Origin: Betaproteobacteria bacterium
GTDB taxonomy: Bacteria; Pseudomonadota; Gammaproteobacteria; Burkholderiales; Burkholderiaceae_F
Length of the DNA: 64,000 nucleotides
Assembly (NCBI GenBank): GCA_046343415.1
Contig: JBKDNL010000028.1
Coordinates: 8,103 to 72,102, forward strand
Direction of reading: 5' to 3'
Shown here: positions 61,901 to 64,000 of the stretch, piece by piece
Position numbering within the stretch: the stretch's first letter is position 1
Layout: every line of letters begins with the position of its first letter
Program-made: the position numbers and the translations under genes
The notes under the pieces: generated by a model
Seen by the model: the letters and a program-made list of their open reading frames with translations, nothing else
What the model was told of the DNA's origin: nothing
Database searches by the model: none

Positions 61901-61950
61901 TAATCGCCGCCTTCGGGCAGCAGCGCCCGGTAGAAATCCAGAAGCGTCAT
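58870..61950 (-). CDS. bifunctional primase-polymerase / SF3 (D5-like) helicase
   Basis: 1026 aa. The N-terminal prim-pol motifs are CFYLDIDCG and SSGAGLHAYF. Walker A is SSGSGKGKTS, in the C-terminal half. Confidence 0.8.
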   Translation of the reverse strand: MTLLDFYRALLPEGGDYALFSVPRKQHLWCGSLAKLVELTERVNVEHSWYFALATFSAGERKQSTVRAKRCFYLDIDCGADKFAKHPESAYPTQRDGVAALLEFSAKVDLRPSLIVSSGAGLHAYFALTEDVAADAWRSVAVGLGKLAQHHGLKADPACTTDSARVLRPLGAKHKNGQTVVLLKDTGVRWSLAALQEIVGTAPQDAGLSAPAGRAKLNVNDALTLWEPSPSSAVKAASKCAALNRIAVLKGDVPEPEWRAMLGIVKFSTEGADLAHEWSGGYDGYSYDETQRKFDRYEGTGPTLCGTFERFNAEACQSCVYRGKVSTPLSLGRLTDKQVEQLPEDKKPKAEPAPVPKDVPIPFPDLGRDYKIEKDDKGVNRLWYRAAVEQDGEDGKTTVYKWEVLSNDVFWLETWTGAGRDENDGAMVGLVLFKDGKRSHYDMPTKLLGAKQTLLQFLTDKGITSMSVTAAATQRVHDFMNQQFNRVKEVASRIVVRNRFGVQYQTDDRDSKLICAHGRYVIFPDGRIEEAMLGNKLKGYRTLFNIAPLPYSPAGRWEPSVWKSHVIPAAQKQAEFYRMYYTKPGYEVAQLAIMLSIASPLLLFVADGAFVPGEQLPAAGLTVSLYSSGSGKGKTSMQKAAAAAFGNPENVVLSAANQDATANYQSGFIAALGTLPFFGDEVTGNTAQEVGAMINRLANGTDRRRADRNGNPREAHTWALVGCVSTNIPQREMLAAFQKSSDALQMRLLELNCEFADLSEGEQITYKEKLAELMTPNHGAIGALLHLLIVQRGVEWVRNVMQKRYAEAAGVVPGATQRQRFLQRGMACALAAFDLLKALGVAFFDRNVLIREYAAAARAAQDFAATVSRSPVEMARKMISDLAPNIINTSDEAPAVGRLLPVENVTTLKAPWAGRRITTSRHVYLLVDSMKEWARENSFSYIELMNELKRNELLRPITLRGDTKANVTITKGTTLGTVQGPAIKIDEGRLFIEDETGQIPHNVVSLQRSRNESTDTSRAGNSASAG

Positions 61951-61952
61951 GC

Positions 61953-62228
61953 CTAGCCCTTGAGTGCTGTGAGAACCGCCTTGTACCGCTCGCCGCCGCG
62001 TCCAACGCGGGGCAAGGGCAAGCGTCCATCAGCCAGGGCCTTGTCGATGAGCTTGAGGATTTGGAGCACACGCTGCCGGTACAGGCCGCGCGGTTGCAGT
62101 TTGCGCTCGGCGTTGTTAGTCAAGTAGCGCGACGCACTAACACGACTGCAGCCGCAAAGAAGCGCGAAGTGGGTGACGGCGATACCCGCCTTGCGCACTG
62201 GCGCGAAGTCGATAGTTTTCTTGGACAT
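61953..62228 (-). CDS. small HTH-like protein
   Basis: 91 aa. HFALLCGCSRVSASRYLTNN is a helix-turn-helix-like segment. Confidence 0.5.
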   Translation of the reverse strand: MSKKTIDFAPVRKAGIAVTHFALLCGCSRVSASRYLTNNAERKLQPRGLYRQRVLQILKLIDKALADGRLPLPRVGRGGERYKAVLTALKG

Positions 62229-62243
62229 AGAAACCTCTCAGAT

Positions 62244-62265
62244 GGGGGCGGCCGAAGCCGCCCCC
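62244..62265 (-). other. 9-bp GC stem with UUCG tetraloop (minus-strand RNA) between SSB-like gene and next gene
   Basis: GGGGGCGGC-CGAA-GCCGCCCCC on the plus strand. There is no U-tract. Confidence 0.5.
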
Positions 62266-62273
62266 GTGTTGCA

Positions 62274-63305
62274 TCAGGCGTCGAAGCCGCCGAGCAGGTC
62301 GTCCAGCTCGCCCATCAGGCCGCCCTCGGCGGGCGCCGCTGCGGCGGGGGCGGCGGGGGCGGGCGCCGCGGCTTTCGACTTGGCCGCCCTCGCCGGGGCA
62401 GGGGCCGGCGCCGGCGCCGGTGCGGCGACAGCCTCGTCCAGCTCGTCTGCGGTCACGGCCGGGGCCGCCTTGGCGGCGGGCGCCGCGGCAGCGGCCTTGC
62501 GGGTGGCGTCACGCGCGGCCAGCGCAGCGTCCAGCTCGTCAGCCTCGACGGCCGGGGCCGGCGCAGCGTGGGCAGCGGCAGCGGCATCCTCGTCGGCGCC
62601 CACGATGGCGCGCACGACCTCGCTGTCGAACATCTCACACGCCTTGGCGTACGTGGCGTCGTCGAGCACGGCGGCCGGCTTGAAGGTCAGCACGGGCGAC
62701 GCCTCGGCGGCGACGAAGCCGACCTTCAGGATCACCTCGTTGTACTGGATGCCCTTCTGCTTGACCAGCTTGAGCGCGTCCTTCAGCGGGCGCAGCGACT
62801 TAGGCGGCACCCGCAGGAGGAACGGCTTGTCGAGCTTGTCGGGCGCGGCGATGGCGACGCGCGCGTGGTCGGAGCACGCCTTACCGGAGCCGGTGCCGTC
62901 TTCGCTAACGCGTGAGCCCCACGCGTTGTGCGGGCACAGGGCGCACTTCTCGGCCTGCTTCTTGGGCGAGGTCGCAGACGGGGCGACGCCGTCGAACGAG
63001 TAGCAGTCCGGGCGCACGCCATCCGACTCACCCTCCTTGAACTGCTTGGAGTAGTAGGTCTTGGCCTTCATGTTGATGCGCAGGGGCACCAGAGTAACCG
63101 ACTGCAGCACCTCATCGGGGTCGTCCGGCTTGGTCAGCACCTTTTTCTCGTTGTCCTGCACGAGCGTGAAGACCTTGCCCTTGATCGACAGCGACGGAAA
63201 AGGTGCCGTGGTGACGATGTCCTTGTTGACATCAATCAGGCGTTGGCGGTTGATGATGGTGGGTGGCAGCGCGCCTTCGGCGTTGAATGGAACAAGATTG
63301 CTCAT
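62274..63305 (-). CDS. ssDNA-binding protein candidate (Cys-cluster, Ala/Pro linker, acidic C-terminal tail)
   Basis: Start at Met110 of ORF 62274..63632 after AAGGAG. Cys cluster: CYSF...CALCPHN...C. There is a long Ala/Pro-rich linker, and the C-terminus is GELDDLLGGFDA. Confidence 0.45.
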   Translation of the reverse strand: MSNLVPFNAEGALPPTIINRQRLIDVNKDIVTTAPFPSLSIKGKVFTLVQDNEKKVLTKPDDPDEVLQSVTLVPLRINMKAKTYYSKQFKEGESDGVRPDCYSFDGVAPSATSPKKQAEKCALCPHNAWGSRVSEDGTGSGKACSDHARVAIAAPDKLDKPFLLRVPPKSLRPLKDALKLVKQKGIQYNEVILKVGFVAAEASPVLTFKPAAVLDDATYAKACEMFDSEVVRAIVGADEDAAAAAHAAPAPAVEADELDAALAARDATRKAAAAAPAAKAAPAVTADELDEAVAAPAPAPAPAPARAAKSKAAAPAPAAPAAAAPAEGGLMGELDDLLGGFDA

Positions 63306-63538
63306 ACGGACTCCTTGGAATTGTCGAGAAGGTAGGTGGCGAGGTTGCGCGCGATCTTCTTGCCGGTCTTGCGCTCGTACTCGAAGATCGCCTCGGCGAA
63401 CGCCTCGCACAGGATGTCGTTGGCGCGGCTGCTGTGCGGCCGGTCGAACAACCCCTCGACGTAGCTCTTGATGTACGTGGACAGGCCCACGCGTACGTGA
63501 TGAATCATGTTTTTGCGGACTATGGCCTCTTTGTTCAT
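63302..63538 (-). CDS. hypothetical protein
   Basis: 78 aa with an ATGA overlap with the downstream gene. Confidence 0.5.
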   Translation of the reverse strand: MNKEAIVRKNMIHHVRVGLSTYIKSYVEGLFDRPHSSRANDILCEAFAEAIFEYERKTGKKIARNLATYLLDNSKESV

Positions 63539-63546
63539 GCGGCTCC

Positions 63547-63957
63547 TTAGCTTCGGCGAATGTTGACGACCCAGAACTCGGAATAGTTGATGCCGGGGGG
63601 CAGGTCGTTCTTCTCGTCCCGGTACTCCTCAACAGCCTTCTTGCCGACCCGCACGTCGATCAGGTGCATGAGGCTGTTAGTTTGGCAGAAGTTTACGAAA
63701 CTGTCGCGGTCGGCCACCGTGGCGGACGTGCGGCGCTGCTTGTAGGCGGTGCCGAACGGCGTCTTGACAGAGTCCGCGCCCGTCATGTTGAAGTGGTTGA
63801 GCAGGAAATTCTCCACCTTCTCCATCGCGGCGTCGAGGGCGGCGGCGTCCTCGTCGAACTTCTTCTTGAGCGCGTCCTTTTTGTCGCGCAGCTTCACGTA
63901 CCTACCGATCAGGTCGTCCAGCTTGATCGCGGGGCGTTCGGCAACGGCGTCGGTCAT
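63547..63957 (-). CDS. hypothetical coiled-coil protein (Gam/Gp157-like layout, tentative)
   Basis: 136 aa with RBS AAGGAGAACCGCC. An N-terminal coiled coil is followed by ...KTPFGTAYKQRR... Confidence 0.45.
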   Translation of the reverse strand: MTDAVAERPAIKLDDLIGRYVKLRDKKDALKKKFDEDAAALDAAMEKVENFLLNHFNMTGADSVKTPFGTAYKQRRTSATVADRDSFVNFCQTNSLMHLIDVRVGKKAVEEYRDEKNDLPPGINYSEFWVVNIRRS

Positions 63958-63981
63958 GGCGGTTCTCCTTTCTCATGAGTC

Positions 63982-64000
63982 GGACAGACCCGCGCGACGC
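63982..64000 (-). repeat. GGACA...TGTCC stem-loop family, copy 9 (left arm only, cut by window end)
   Basis: GGACAGACCCGCGCGACGC... It lies 25 nt upstream of the start at 63957. Confidence 0.5.

Larger units (their letters stand above)
2487..64000. mobile_element. integrated temperate phage (prophage), left junction at the tRNA-Thr 3' end, right end beyond the window
   Basis: A tyrosine integrase sits directly beside the tRNA. It is followed by about 90 phage-type genes (DNA polymerase, TerL, portal, capsid, fibres, lysis cassette, primase-helicase). No attR copy of the tRNA 3' end was seen in the window. Confidence 0.85.

Overview
High-GC (about 65-70% by eye) proteobacterial DNA. Bases 1-2486 are host chromosome: the 3' end of queG, an MBL-fold hydrolase gene, an AEC-family transporter gene and tRNA-Thr(CGU). 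From about 2487 to the window end (right end not reached) lies a prophage integrated at that tRNA. Its layout is: tyrosine integrase; a roughly 20-kb leftward early operon (nucleases, HD and DUF5664 nucleotide hydrolases, a DUF2829/Tad2-like protein, family-A DNA polymerase, M28-like peptidase, an 804-aa protein with an (Ala-Glu)21 tail) read from a consensus sigma70 promoter near 23.06 kb; a control/accessory region at 23.1-26.8 kb; a 31-kb rightward morphogenesis block (TerL, portal, scaffold, capsid, fibres, an internal lysis cassette, a 1488-aa PLxRFG/HExxH protein); and a second leftward replication block (prim-pol/SF3 helicase, SSB-like protein). No known defence system was recognised. 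The most unusual signals are DNA-level. They are a dense island of GCTAGC around the control region, a 12-bp palindrome CTAAC-RT-GTWAG in seven intergenic gaps of the rightward genes (six within the late operon), a family of GGACA...TGTCC stem-loops upstream of early genes, a strand-specific 10-mer GATGATAGGT, an in-frame amber inside a zinc-ribbon ORF, and a perfect 126-nt hexanucleotide microsatellite. All calls come from reading the sequence and from family knowledge; no searches were run.
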